From: Thraustochytrium aureum
Taxonomy: Eukaryota
Length of the DNA stretch: 64,000 nucleotides
Direction of reading: 5' to 3'
Assembly (NCBI GenBank): GCA_012862495.1
Contig: BLSG01000411.1
Span: forward strand, 174,411 to 238,410
The translations under genes and the position numbers were made by a program. This document shows, one piece after another, positions 10,501 through 21,229 of this stretch. Within the stretch, counting starts at the first letter, position 1. Every line of letters begins with the position of its first letter. The notes under the pieces are model-generated. The model searched no databases, was not told the DNA's origin, and was given only the letters and a program-made list of their open reading frames with translations.

Positions 10501-12706
10501 GGTCGCGGTCGGGTCTGGCGCGGGCACGGCGCAGCTTGTCGATTTCTTCGTCAAGGAGGCTGCTGCCTGCAGGGTTCTCGTCGAGACTTGCGTTCGCAAA
10601 CGCGGCGCCGGATGCGGCCACCTCGGTTCCACGGCGCTCCCGATGAAGCTTTATGGGAGACCCCTCGCTGGGGCGCAGTCGTGGCGCAAAGTTGACCGCC
10701 AGGGCGAGGCAGACGTAGGGACGTGGGTGAGGGCGCACGCTCCACACTGCAAGCGCGCCATCAATGTCGGCTGCGAGCAGGAGCGCAAACGGATCGACGA
10801 ACTGCAGGGCGAGGATGTCGCCTTCGTGGCCGATGCACTCGCCTTCAAGCCGAAGCTGCTGAAAGTCCCAGATGCGGATCATGTGGTCGGCCGAGCCGGT
10901 AGCGACCAAGGAGAGCCGATAGCTGAATGCACTGTGGGTCACTTGCGATTCGTGCACGTCGTGGGCCGCACGAAAGATGGGCAGCATGGCTCCGTCCGCT
11001 CGGTCGTCCACGTAGTCCTCGTCGAGGATGTATATGCTGTACGAGGTCACCGCAATCAAGCACTTGTCTGCGTCGTCGTAGTGCAGGCAGACAACGGTGG
11101 GGTCTGTGAGCGGGGAGGGCGCCGCCTCCGCCTCGGCCTCACCGGCCTTCCCGCCGCCGCTGTCATTTGACGAGGCGTGAAGGTTGTTCTGGAGCAAGGC
11201 AGACTTCATCACCGCGCCGTTGAGGGCGTTGAGGACCACGACGCGGCCTTCTGTGTTGCCGATAATAATCTTGCGCTTGCGGTCGTCGAAGCAGATGCTC
11301 GTGATTTCGGTGGCGGAGACGTGGTACCACTCCTCAATCATTTGGCCAGAGATGGCGCAGTAAACCTGCACAAAATTGCCGAGCGCGACGTAAAAGCGGT
11401 CCAGGACTGGGTTGAAGAGGGCGCCGAAGGGCATGAAGTGCTGCACGTATGTTGACACCGCTTCGTACAGGCGGATCTCGCGACTCGCCCCGAGGATGCG
11501 ACGCGGGCCGCACGCGACAAGCTTGCGCGGGCGATAGAGCCCGTTCTGCTGGTCTGCGAGAAAAGTGTGTCGGGCCTGCGTCTCGCCGTTCGGGGTGCGA
11601 TTCAGTTTCCAGAGCTTCATGATTCCGTCCGCATCGCACGTGATAGCGTGCTCCTCCTTGTCCTCGGCGTGCATGTAGGTGAGCTGAACGCCGACGCACG
11701 CGCAGGCGTGCCCGACGAGCTGCAGCACGATCTGCTTGGCGTAGACATCCCAGCAAAACACCTCGTGCTCGTACCCGGCGCTCAGTAATAAGTCGTGTGT
11801 CTCGGAGTACTCGAGGGAGCACACTGCGCGCCGGTGGCGCACGAGCTCGCCCTTGCTCGCGGTGCCGTCGAGGTCCCAGAGGCGGATCTTGGCGTCCATG
11901 CCGCCTGTCACCAACAGGCTATAGCGGCCAACTTCAGCAAATGTATTGACGATGCTGGTGTGGCCAGGGATGGAGCCGCGCGGGATGCAGATGCACGTGT
12001 TCTTGCCGGCAAAGAGCTTGATGCGCAGCTGCCAGAGCAAGATGACTCCCGAGTCGTCCGTCGTGTACAGCATCGACCGCGACGAGTAGAACATTTTTCG
12101 AATCGACTTGGTTTTGGTCCGCCCCAAGAACCGAAAGTCGTCCCACTGCCAGAACGTCATCGACAAGTTGGCACTGCACACGATCAGGAGATTCAGGTCG
12201 GGTGCGTACTCGACCCCGAGGATGGGGGACGTGTCGTCTTCGATCCCTGTCTGCAGGGTCCGCGCGAGCTTGAGCGTTTCTGCGTTCATGACGTGCACCT
12301 CGGAGCTGTTCGCTTCTACGGCCAAGACGGACCCCAGCGAAGCGAGATATTTGAGTTCAATCACGGTGTGGTGCGAGAGCGGGTCCCTGAATGATTCGTT
12401 TCGCTCGAAGTGCTCTGCGAGGGGCTTTTCGATGCGACGCGTCGCCAGCATACCGGCCTCAATGCAGTGCGATGTGAACTCCTCCCACTCGAGCTTGGCG
12501 TCGCCGTTCACGTCGATCTGCGTGAAAAGTTCGACCAGCTCCATTACCAGCTTGACCTGGCCTTCCTGGGTCGTTTCTTTTGGAAGGTACATGAGCATGG
12601 TGCTCACAAACTGGTCCATGTTGAGACCTTCGCCGTTCCCGCAGTCTCGGAACTTGGTCCTGAGCACGTCAAGCGAGGACGACGGCAGTCGCATCATCAC
12701 ATCCAT
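7505..12706 (-). CDS. EF-hand plus WD40 protein with C-terminal calmodulin-like EF-hands (WDR49/EFCAB8-like architecture); split by two frameshifts
   Basis: Three overlapping ORFs (12706-10190, 10353-8911, 9214-7505). N-terminal EF-hand QIDVNGDAKLEWEEF; WD repeats (TGGMDAKIRLWD, TGSADHMIRIWD, SGDKNGNIKEWD, TSSADGNVRVWD); C-terminal EF-hands DGDGSGKIDLEE, DDDHSGEISFAE, DKDGGGSLSLCE. Joining into one gene is inferred. Confidence 0.75.
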
Positions 12707-13398
12707 TTTTCCTGCGCGCTTCGGCCCGTCGGGCCAACCCCGTGCAAATCGCCAGTCCTGTTGCTTTCAGCGATCCGCGCGTGCAGCGGGGGCCTCGCGG
12801 GCTGCCAGACCCTGCACGAGCTCGGAGCTGCGCGAGGCGCCAGAGCCTGCACGCGCCTGCAGAGCTTGGACAGCGCGAGCCGCTTCTCGAGCTTGTTGCA
12901 AGCGGCTCGCAAGTGCGCGGCTCTCAAGTGCGCGAGCTTCGCGCGAGCCGCGAGGCGTCGCAAGAGCTATGCGCGAGCCGCAACTGCCGCGCGCTCAGCG
13001 GCGCTCTACTGCTTTGCAGAATCCAGTCTTCCAAGGCCAGGACGATCCAGCCCCGACCACGGTCGCGAGCCAGACAAAAACGAGGGCTCCGAATTCTGCA
13101 ACACACATGCGTAACGGATCGATTTCTTCTTCTGCTGTTCTGCTCGCAGGGATTCCATCCCGCGACCCTATGGGCCGGACGGAGCACGAGAAAGTGTCGG
13201 TTGAGCGCGTCAAGCCGCCCGCGTACCGGACACAACGCCGTTGAAGGCGCCGCGGCGCATCGTCCGTTGCGCGGTCGGGTAATGTTGTGGCGAGCTTCAA
13301 TGCGGCGCGGCAACACTTGTGAGACGCGCAGCACATGCATGCAAGAATGCAACAAGGCGCTTGCATGCAGGCGGCTTGAGCAGGCGCCCAACTGACGT

Positions 13399-13451
13399 AC
13401 CAGCAGCACCAGCAGCACCAGCACCAGCACCAGCAGCACCAGCACCAGCAG
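13399..13451. repeat. (CAG/CAC)n microsatellite
   Basis: cagcagcaccagcagcaccagcaccagcacc... in the divergent intergenic region. Confidence 0.85.
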
Positions 13452-13727
13452 CGGAAGCAGCAGTGGAAGCAGGCAGGGGCTTTTGTTGCGACAGACGGCT
13501 GCGGTCGGTTGAGGCGCACTTCTCGAGCATCGCAATACCCCACCAAGTCTGGCAGACGACTTGACTCAGGCGGAGGCAGCTTTGGTGCGCAGCTGGAAAT
13601 ACCTGCGCGGAGGGCTCGGCCTGGGCGAAGGCCGTGGGGGATATCGCAACTGGGAGAAAGGCGCCAGCGACGCGAAGGCGCAGACGTGGTCTGCGCGCTC
13701 AGGAGCGCGTAAAGCGCGACCGCAACC

Positions 13728-14921
13728 ATGTCGGACACGCAAGCCTACACATTCTCGTCCAAGCCGCAGGCCGTGCAGAGCCGTAAAGCGAAGGGCGGGT
13801 ACCGGCAGCAGCAGCAGCAGCAGCAGCAGCAGTTTGAAGATGGGGAGCCGGTCAACATCATGTTTGACCCGCGCGTATACCGCGGCAGCACATACTCGCG
13901 GCACACGAAGGACAAGCTGGTAGCGCAAGAGCAGGCCGCGCAAAAGCGAAAGATCGCCGCGCGCCAGCGCAAGGCCCGCGAGGGAAGCCAGGAGGCCCCG
14001 CAGTATGCGAGCGCAGACGAGGCACCCCCGCCCCTACCGGGCCGCAAGGACATGGACGTGCAGACAGACACATACTTGGAGGAACTCACCGACCGCGTCC
14101 CAGAGACCGAGATGGAGACCCAAACCGACGCGTTCATGGACAGGCCAGCCCTCCCGCTGTTTCTGCCGACAAAGACCGGGGTCGACGCGGAGACACAAGT
14201 CGACGTGGACGAACTCTTCGACTTTGACGCCGAGGTGGAGCCCATCCTCGAGGTCCTGGTCGGTAAGACGCTCGAGCACGCAATGATGGAGGTCCTGGAG
14301 GAAGAGGAGCTCGACGCGATCCGCAAGCACCAGCAGCAGTTTGAGCAAGAGCGCAACGTAGAGCGCGCGCAGGTGCAGCGGCTCGAGGCAGAGTCTATCC
14401 GACGCAACCAAGAGCGCAAGCGGCGGATTACGCAGGAGCAGGAGAGGCTGCAGCGCGAGGCGGAGGTAATGGACAAGGTCGCTGCGCGCGCGTTCGCATC
14501 CGACTATCTCGCGGACTTGCACAGCAACGTCTTCGACAAGCTCGTGGAGACTGGCCAATTCTTCGACCCGCTCATCAAGGAGGTGGAGGACTCGTTCCTT
14601 CCGTGGCTTATTGGGGCTGTGCAGCAGCGCAGTGACAAGCGCCTCGTGGCTCGCTCGCTCTTGGACGACTGCATCCGCGCCACGCTCGCAAAGGCCAAGG
14701 CAGAGATGGCCAAGCGTCGCCAGGCGGCAGAGGACCTCCGGCAAGCTGAGGAGCGTCGTATCGCAGAAGAGGAGGAGGAGCGACGCCGGGCAGAGATGGA
14801 GCAGGAAGACCTGGCTGGCGCTGTTGCTGGGGAGGCCGGCGAGGCTGAGGAGGGCGAGGGCGGCGCAGAGGCTGGCGGAGATGCCGCTGGCGGCGAAGAT
14901 GCTGAGGGCGGCGATGCGTGA
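13728..14921 (+). CDS. RSP3: Flagellar radial spoke protein 3
   Basis: NIMFDPRVYRGSTY, QTDTYLEEL, ELFDFDAEVEPILEVLVGKTLEHAMMEVLEEEEL, coiled coil and acidic tail. Confidence 0.95.
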   Translation: MSDTQAYTFSSKPQAVQSRKAKGGYRQQQQQQQQQFEDGEPVNIMFDPRVYRGSTYSRHTKDKLVAQEQAAQKRKIAARQRKAREGSQEAPQYASADEAPPPLPGRKDMDVQTDTYLEELTDRVPETEMETQTDAFMDRPALPLFLPTKTGVDAETQVDVDELFDFDAEVEPILEVLVGKTLEHAMMEVLEEEELDAIRKHQQQFEQERNVERAQVQRLEAESIRRNQERKRRITQEQERLQREAEVMDKVAARAFASDYLADLHSNVFDKLVETGQFFDPLIKEVEDSFLPWLIGAVQQRSDKRLVARSLLDDCIRATLAKAKAEMAKRRQAAEDLRQAEERRIAEEEEERRRAEMEQEDLAGAVAGEAGEAEEGEGGAEAGGDAAGGEDAEGGDA

Positions 14922-15215
14922 GCTTGGGCGCTTTTGCTCGGACTCGAGCTGTTTGTCCTCGTGTGGCAGGGCGCGCGGCACGGTGCCTCGGGTGAACGGC
15001 CGCTGTTGCTGCTGCGTGCGCCGCCTTTTGCAGTGTCTCCGTTTCTGTGTCTGCACCCCCAGCCCCCCCTCCCCGCTTGGCAGCGGGCCTTGATGATGCG
15101 CAACCAAGTACGTACGTACGATAAGAAATAGACTGCTCTCACAGTGTTGTACAAGTGCTTCTTGTTCGACGACCCAGGCTGTGCAGCCGCGACTGTTTCG
15201 AAACCCACCCCCTGC

Positions 15216-15290
15216 TCTACCCGACAAGGGTCTACCCGACACGGGTCAACCCGAGAAGGGTCTACCCGACAAGGGTCTACCCGACAAGGG
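15216..15290. repeat. Tandem repeat, 5 x 15 bp (TCTACCCGACAAGGG)
   Basis: Five consecutive units with 0-2 mismatches, between two convergent gene ends. Confidence 0.92.
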
Positions 15291-15332
15291 TCCGCCAAAT
15301 CCGTGCTGGCCTGCGACCACCAATCGACTCGG

Positions 15333-16233
15333 CTAGACGCAGACGCGCTTGCTCCTCTGCCCTCGGGCCGCCGCGACGGGCGGCACGCTGTCCAAGCTCG
15401 AAGGCGGCGTCGGCGCGGCTGGCGGCGCCTCGTCCTCGAGAAGGCCCTTCATCAGCCTGCCCATCCGCTCGTTCAAGGCAAGTAGTGCGTACTTGACCTT
15501 GCCGATCTCGCCCTTGAAGGCAGCTTGCAGCTGGGCGGGACTTGGGTTCGCGGCGTCGTCGCCTTTCGCGCAAGTCGCCGCCGCAAGCGCCGGGAGGCGC
15601 TCCTTGGCAAACGCCTCAAGTCTCGCGTCGACGATGGCCTCCACTTCGGCGGCCGTGAGACCCGTTTGTGGCTGCGGCTGCGGCAGCGGTGCGGCTGGCG
15701 CGACATCTGGCTCGGGGGCGTGGCGCTTCAACGTCTGCGCGGCTTGTGCGGCCCCAGCTTCCTTGCAAGCCACGCCCTCGCTTTCTGCTGCCTCCCCGAC
15801 GCGGGCCTGCTCCTCCTCGCCGGAATCTGTCGCGCGACGCTGCGCGTTAGCGGCGCCTGGCGCGAGCATGGCTGCGGGTCGTCCAAAGGGGCACTTACTT
15901 GGCTCCGCGTCCCAGGGCTTGACGGCGGCCACGACGACCTCGCAGCGCCTACCACTCAGGACCCCGACCTGGTTTTCGCAGCTGTCGCAAACAACAAACC
16001 CGTCCTGCACCGAGGTCAACTCGAGGTCTCCTGGTGAGCCGACCGCGCACCGCCTGTCAGGTCCGCTGCACGCGCTCGCTCGCACTTGAACCATGCCAAC
16101 TCGAGCACTTACGTTTGAACAACTTCGCGGCTTGCTTCCCGTCCCGGCGGACCCCGTGCCGCACGTTGACAGTGCCAACGACCTCGCCACAGTCGCGGCA
16201 TTCGAGCTCCTTCTGGGAGACTTGGCCCGCCAT
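15333..16233 (-). CDS. Yippee/Mis18-like zinc-binding protein with C-terminal coiled coil; exons 16233-16113 and 16030-15333
   Basis: Removing intron 16112-16031 (GTAAGT...CTGAC...CAG, 82 nt) gives an in-frame 272-aa protein with ECRDCGEVVG...VCDSCENQVG and the terminal helix EIGKVKYALLALNERMGRLMKGL. Confidence 0.6.
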
Positions 16234-17600
16234 CCCGCCCTCGCCCACCGACCCCGGACTGCCGTTGAGCAGCGCGCGCCTCGTCCCGACAAGGCAGAGG
16301 ACAGCGAAGGCTGCTTGCAACGAGGCCTCGGCTCGCCCCGCGCCCCGCCCGCGCCGCTGCGACTCTGCTCGAGGCCGCCGCCACGGAGTGTCCGACCCGT
16401 TCAAAAATGTGCGACCGCGGACTTGGCTGGCGTCGTGGGTCGTGAGTCGTGACCGCTGCGGTGGGGCTCTGCGCGGCGCCTGATCAAGCAACGAATGAAC
16501 CGCTTCACTCAGCAACAAACGCCGTCCTGCATGCGCGCGCCAAGGCGCCTGTCCCGCGGCTCGAGGAGTCCAACGAACGACGGCTGCTGCTGGGCGAGCC
16601 AGGCGTTGATCGTCCCGGCCTACGACGACGACCACGATGACGACGACGACGACGACCTCGTTGAGCTCGCTAGCTCGGTCGAAGAGAGCGAGCCAGCCCT
16701 GCCCAGCCAGCCAGCCAGCCAGGTGCAGGTCGAAGGTGCCGCAGGCGCGGGACCTTGCGCCACGTGCAGCACCCGATCGAGAGGAGCAAGACCGCACCGA
16801 GAAAGCGGGCAACCTAGGCGCGACTCGCGCGAGCGCCACTACACACTGGCGCCCGCCTCGCCCGCCGCGCGCCCTCCATCTGGCGCGCGGCGGCCGCGAC
16901 GCCGACCTCCGCGCACGCCGTCAACACTGCTCACGCAGACGGGCAACCCGCCAGCGCGGGGAAAACGTCCTCGGGCGGACTCAGGTACTCGGGAAAAAAA
17001 CCGTACGCTGCTGGGCCGGCCTCCACTTGTGCTCGGGGAAACGCGCGCGCGCCAGCGCCAGCCCCTCGCGCGTTCAGTGGCGCGCCTCGCCGGTCGTTAG
17101 CAGCATCCACGGTGCCAGCTGCGTGCGGTTTGCGCCACTGGCTTCCCGGGGGGTCCGTCCTCGCCTCGCGCGCTCTTGTCGGCGTAACACACTGCCCAAC
17201 GTGTCCTCGGATAAATTAAGAAATACACCGCGATGGTGCGTGAACTGCCGAAGTGCCGCGGCTCAAGTGTGCGAGCGGGCGTCGGTTGGATTCGGAGAAA
17301 GAGAGGGCGGCGCTGGGTTGGCCTTCGGTGAATTTGTGAGGCGGTCCGTCGGGCCATCTGCTCGCGAGGTGCGATTCACCGGCGCTGAGACAGAGAATAG
17401 AGAGAGACAGAGAGAGAGAGACAGAGAGGGCGCCCTCACACCCAACGTTTTTTCCCCCCCGCCCGCCCACACATCCCGCCAGTGAGGCGCCGCGCCAACG
17501 CCTCTGCCCCGCGCCGCCAGTCGATGTGAGCCGTTTCGAGTATGCGGTCAAGAGCCCCTGTTCCCGGCCTCCCCTCCTTGCATTGGAGCAGACCAGCCAA

Positions 17601-17770
17601 CAAAAACCACAAAACCCACAAAACAAGCACAAAACCCAAGTAAAACTCGAAACAAAAAAAGCAAAAAACCGCAGAATAACCACAAATCCTCAGTAAAACT
17701 TGAACAAAAAGCCCGAGTACCAAAGGGGCGGCTTTGAAAAAGAGAAACTGGAAAAAAAACGATAAAGAAA
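17601..17770. other. A-tract-rich, strand-asymmetric low-complexity intergenic segment
   Basis: Repeated A3-A9 runs, roughly 10 bp apart in 17602-17668. Confidence 0.7.
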
Positions 17771-18047
17771 AGGAGGGCGACTCGCAGAACAGCAAACAAG
17801 AAGCGGTCAGAGCAAGCGAGCAGGAGAGCAAGCGAGCAGAGCAGGAGAGCAGAGCAGACCTCGAGCGCGAAGAGCGGCAGGAGGAGGCCAGGAGCGAAGG
17901 CGGCACCTCGCGCGCGAGCAGCACCCTCGGCACCGTCGCCGGCACCATCGACATCCTCGGCAGGCGGTCGGTTGCGCCTGGGCGCCAAGTTGCGCAAGGC
18001 AAGATAGAAAGTGGTTGGGCTGGTTGAGCGAGGAGGCGCGACGGGAG

Positions 18048-18929
18048 ATGAGCCAGGACGAGGAAGCCGCGCAGCAGGCGATGGAGGGCGGCGCACAGGC
18101 GGAAGGGGATGGGTTGCACTATGCGGAAGGGGATTCCGTGCCGATTTCGGCGCAGGAGGGCGCCAGCACGCCGACGGCGAGCAAGCCGGCGGAGGCAGGC
18201 GACACCCCCGGAGCCTTCGACGGCAACCCGCTGACTAATGTTCGCAAGGCGTCCTGCGACATGTGCACGCAGATCAAGGTCAAGTGCTCCGGAGAGGAGC
18301 CGTGCAAGCGCTGCAACAAAAAGCAGCTCATCTGTGTCTACAGCCTCGCGAAAAAGCGCGGCCCACCAAAGGGCAAGAAGCGCACTGGCCCCTCCAAGCG
18401 CCAGCGCATCACCAACTCGAACGCAGTCCGCGTTGGGCCGACCAACTTCAACCCCAATATTTCCCTCGAGGCCCTGCGCGCCCGCATCCAGAGCTTTTCA
18501 GAGGACCGCCAGTGGGAAGGCTTTCACACCCCGCGCAGCCTTTTGCTGGCCATGGTGGGCGAGGTGGGCGAGCTCTCCGAGCTCTTCCAGTGGCGCGAGG
18601 ACGCGCGCCCGGGCCTGCCCGGCTGGCAGATCAAGGAGCGCGACCAGGTGGCGGACGAACTCGCGGACGTGCTCATCTACCTAATTCGCCTCTCGGACCG
18701 CTGCGGCATCGACCTCGGCGACGCTGCCATCAACAAAATACAGAAGAACGAGATCAAGTTCCCCAAGGAGAAGGTCAGGGGCAACCCGCTCAAGCACACC
18801 GCGTACGTTGGTAGAACCCACATCAGCGAGGCCGCCGCTGCCGCCGAGGCCGACGCTGTAGCGCAGCTGCAGACTGGCGGCGTGCCGCAGATGTCCGACA
18901 TGAACATGGATAACACTCGGGCGATTTGA
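18048..18929 (+). CDS. Zn(II)2Cys6 zinc-cluster domain fused to a dCTP pyrophosphatase 1 (MazG-like) domain
   Basis: CDMCTQIKVKCSGEEPCKRCNKKQLICVY (CX2CX6CX5CX2CX6C) plus KKRGP, then FSEDRQWEGFHTPRSLLLAMVGEVGELSELFQW...DELADVLIYLIRLSDRCGIDL...KIQKNEIKFP in the same uninterrupted frame. Confidence 0.92.
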   Translation: MSQDEEAAQQAMEGGAQAEGDGLHYAEGDSVPISAQEGASTPTASKPAEAGDTPGAFDGNPLTNVRKASCDMCTQIKVKCSGEEPCKRCNKKQLICVYSLAKKRGPPKGKKRTGPSKRQRITNSNAVRVGPTNFNPNISLEALRARIQSFSEDRQWEGFHTPRSLLLAMVGEVGELSELFQWREDARPGLPGWQIKERDQVADELADVLIYLIRLSDRCGIDLGDAAINKIQKNEIKFPKEKVRGNPLKHTAYVGRTHISEAAAAAEADAVAQLQTGGVPQMSDMNMDNTRAI

Positions 18930-19202
18930 AACGAAAACAATTCTGTTTCAGGATGTGCGCAAGTCCTCCATTACTACACGCAAACTGGTGCCAGGCGAAG
19001 CAAAGCAACAACAAACGGTATCAATCAAAACTGGAAAAGAAAGAATCGTGTACTCTTCACGCAATCTCGCCAAGCGCGGGTGCGGGGCGTGCTCTGACGC
19101 GTCGCCCGTCCGAGAGCCTCCTCTCGCTTGCGCAAACAAACAAACGAAAACAAAAAAGCGAACGAGGAGGTGGCCGACCGGAGGCGTCCTCGAGGGCCGG
19201 CC

Positions 19203-20849
19203 TCAGCTGTCCCCAAAACTGCGCGCCACGAGCTGCCGCCGCTGTCGCGCATCAAGCTGGTCCAAAACCCGAGCCCGCCGCGCTTTGACGGCGACCCCGC
19301 GGCCCGCGCAGCCGCGCGTCCAACGCTGAATAGTCAGGCAGGCCCGCTCGCGAGCAAAGTCCCACTTGTCCTTCATGCGGCGGTAAACCTTGAGCTTGGT
19401 GTGGTACGCCAAAATTCGCGCTCGCCAAAATTTCTGGATTCGCTCGGCCGCCCTGCCGCGCTCGCCAAGCATCAGGCCGAGCTGGCGCCTCGCAGCAAAC
19501 CCGCGCCACACGGCCTGCGCCGCAACGGCTGCGTCTACTTGTTCCTCGCGGCGCCGGACCCGGGCGTCAAACGCGACGACCCGAGCGAATGCCTGCACGC
19601 GCCGTACCGCCACGTCCCGCACAGCGTACGACGTCCAAGCTCGTACAGCTCCGCCAAGAGCAACCTCGCGCCAATGATCCAGAAGCTGGCCAAGGGCTCT
19701 GCGGGCCAGGCGGCGCCGACGCGCAAAGCGCTCCCACTCGCGAAGCGCAGTCAAGCCTTGCCTCTCGCGGCGACGGAAACTCGCCTGAAGGAACAACTCC
19801 TCGACGCGGTTCGCCAGCCTGCGCTGAAGGAGCGGAAGGTGGACCTGGCGCGGCGTCAATTGCGCTTCCCAAGCGCACAATAGTTTTGGAACAAAAACGC
19901 CCCCAAGACCAACCTGCTCTTCGTACTCCGGGTCGTGGGGGCGATACCCGGGCTGGAAGAGGTCTGGGAAGCCCTTCTCAATCATGAGGCGCAAGTCCGC
20001 GCGCCCGACGCGGCACTTGACCCGGTCGGAGAGCGGGACCCACACCTTCCAAGCCGCCTCGGCGCGCTGCAGGGCGCTTTCTAGCTGCGCAGAGCTCAAA
20101 ACGCCGATGGTCAGAAGCATGCGCCACTCCTCCTTTTGGACGTGCGACGCGCCAAACACGGAGAACAAGTCGCCGCAGAGCCGGTCAACCGCCGACTTGC
20201 TGCTCCCGAGCAGCAGCTTGCATGCAGCGACCAGCTCGCGCGCATCCAGGGCGTCCAGCTGGTGCACGACCAGGCCAGAGCGGTGGTATTGCATCGCTGC
20301 AAAGCAGTCAAATAGTTGCGCCGCATCCGAGCTACTCAAGCGCGCTCGGGACCGGACCAGACCCACAAACGCCGACTTTGAGATCCGCCCTGTCACATCC
20401 ACGAGGTCGCGGCCGGCTGCCCGGAAGCGGCTTCCAGGACCTTGCTCCTGTCCAAGCGCGTGGTCCCATCTTTTTTGCGTCGCGCTTGAAACGCTCGAGG
20501 TCAGCTCGGGCTCGAGCCTGCGAAGCTCGCTGGCAACATCGCCGCCTAAATCCACCAGGACCTGCCAGCGCCGCATCGCAAAGCTCTCGAGCCGGCTGCG
20601 CAGCTTTTCATCGCGGGCCTGGGCAATCGCCTCCAGCTGTGGCTTTGCAGTCCGCACGAGCACCTCGCGCCTGGCCTTCAGCTGCTCCACGCGGCCTCGT
20701 TCGCGTTTGTCGAGGTCGCGGTCGAAGACTATCCACGGCACAAACGGGCCGCCGCCGCTCGCCGACGACGCCGTCGCAAGGGCGCCAAGGCGTGGCCGCC
20801 CGCGCTGCGGCGAGCGGGGGCTGTGGTGGCCCTTGCTCTTGGCGGCCAT
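19203..20849 (-). CDS. IQ calmodulin-binding motif protein
   Basis: 548-aa ATG-initiated ORF with IQ-like motifs VQAFAR, AQAVWRGFAARR, IQKFWRA and IQRWTRGCAGR; possible degenerate EF-hands in the middle. Confidence 0.7.
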   Translation of the reverse strand: MAAKSKGHHSPRSPQRGRPRLGALATASSASGGGPFVPWIVFDRDLDKRERGRVEQLKARREVLVRTAKPQLEAIAQARDEKLRSRLESFAMRRWQVLVDLGGDVASELRRLEPELTSSVSSATQKRWDHALGQEQGPGSRFRAAGRDLVDVTGRISKSAFVGLVRSRARLSSSDAAQLFDCFAAMQYHRSGLVVHQLDALDARELVAACKLLLGSSKSAVDRLCGDLFSVFGASHVQKEEWRMLLTIGVLSSAQLESALQRAEAAWKVWVPLSDRVKCRVGRADLRLMIEKGFPDLFQPGYRPHDPEYEEQVGLGGVFVPKLLCAWEAQLTPRQVHLPLLQRRLANRVEELFLQASFRRRERQGLTALREWERFARRRRLARRALGQLLDHWREVALGGAVRAWTSYAVRDVAVRRVQAFARVVAFDARVRRREEQVDAAVAAQAVWRGFAARRQLGLMLGERGRAAERIQKFWRARILAYHTKLKVYRRMKDKWDFARERACLTIQRWTRGCAGRGVAVKARRARVLDQLDARQRRQLVARSFGDS

Positions 20850-21229
20850 CAGAGGTGGCCGCTGCCGCGAGCATTCAACAATGGGCGATCGATCGATCGC
20901 ATGTGGGAGTTAGAGCCGTTCGGGGTGGACACATGTGCGCTCCCCCGACCTGCCAACCTACTTTGCGGGCCAATGCGATGAAGGACGCACGAGCCGAGTG
21001 CCTTGCGCACAGGACGCGTGGCGGGAGGGAAGAGGGCTCGATCGGATGGGCGCGCGACTCCACGCCAGGACAACAACGGTCGGTCGGCGCGCGAGATTAG
21101 TTCAGACCTCCAGCTCGAACGTTTGTGCGCACGGGGCAAGCAGGAATGCAATTGGGAGCTTTTGAGTTGGTTACAGGGATAGGAAGGCAGCCGCGGGAGC
21201 TCGCACAGACGCCAAGGCGGCGATTCGAG

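Noticed and set aside
16300..17500. Several 200-280 aa Arg/Ala/Pro-rich ORFs in the intergenic region (also 12742-13738 and 32200-33600)
   Set aside because: Low-complexity GC-rich translations with no motifs; treated as non-coding or UTR.
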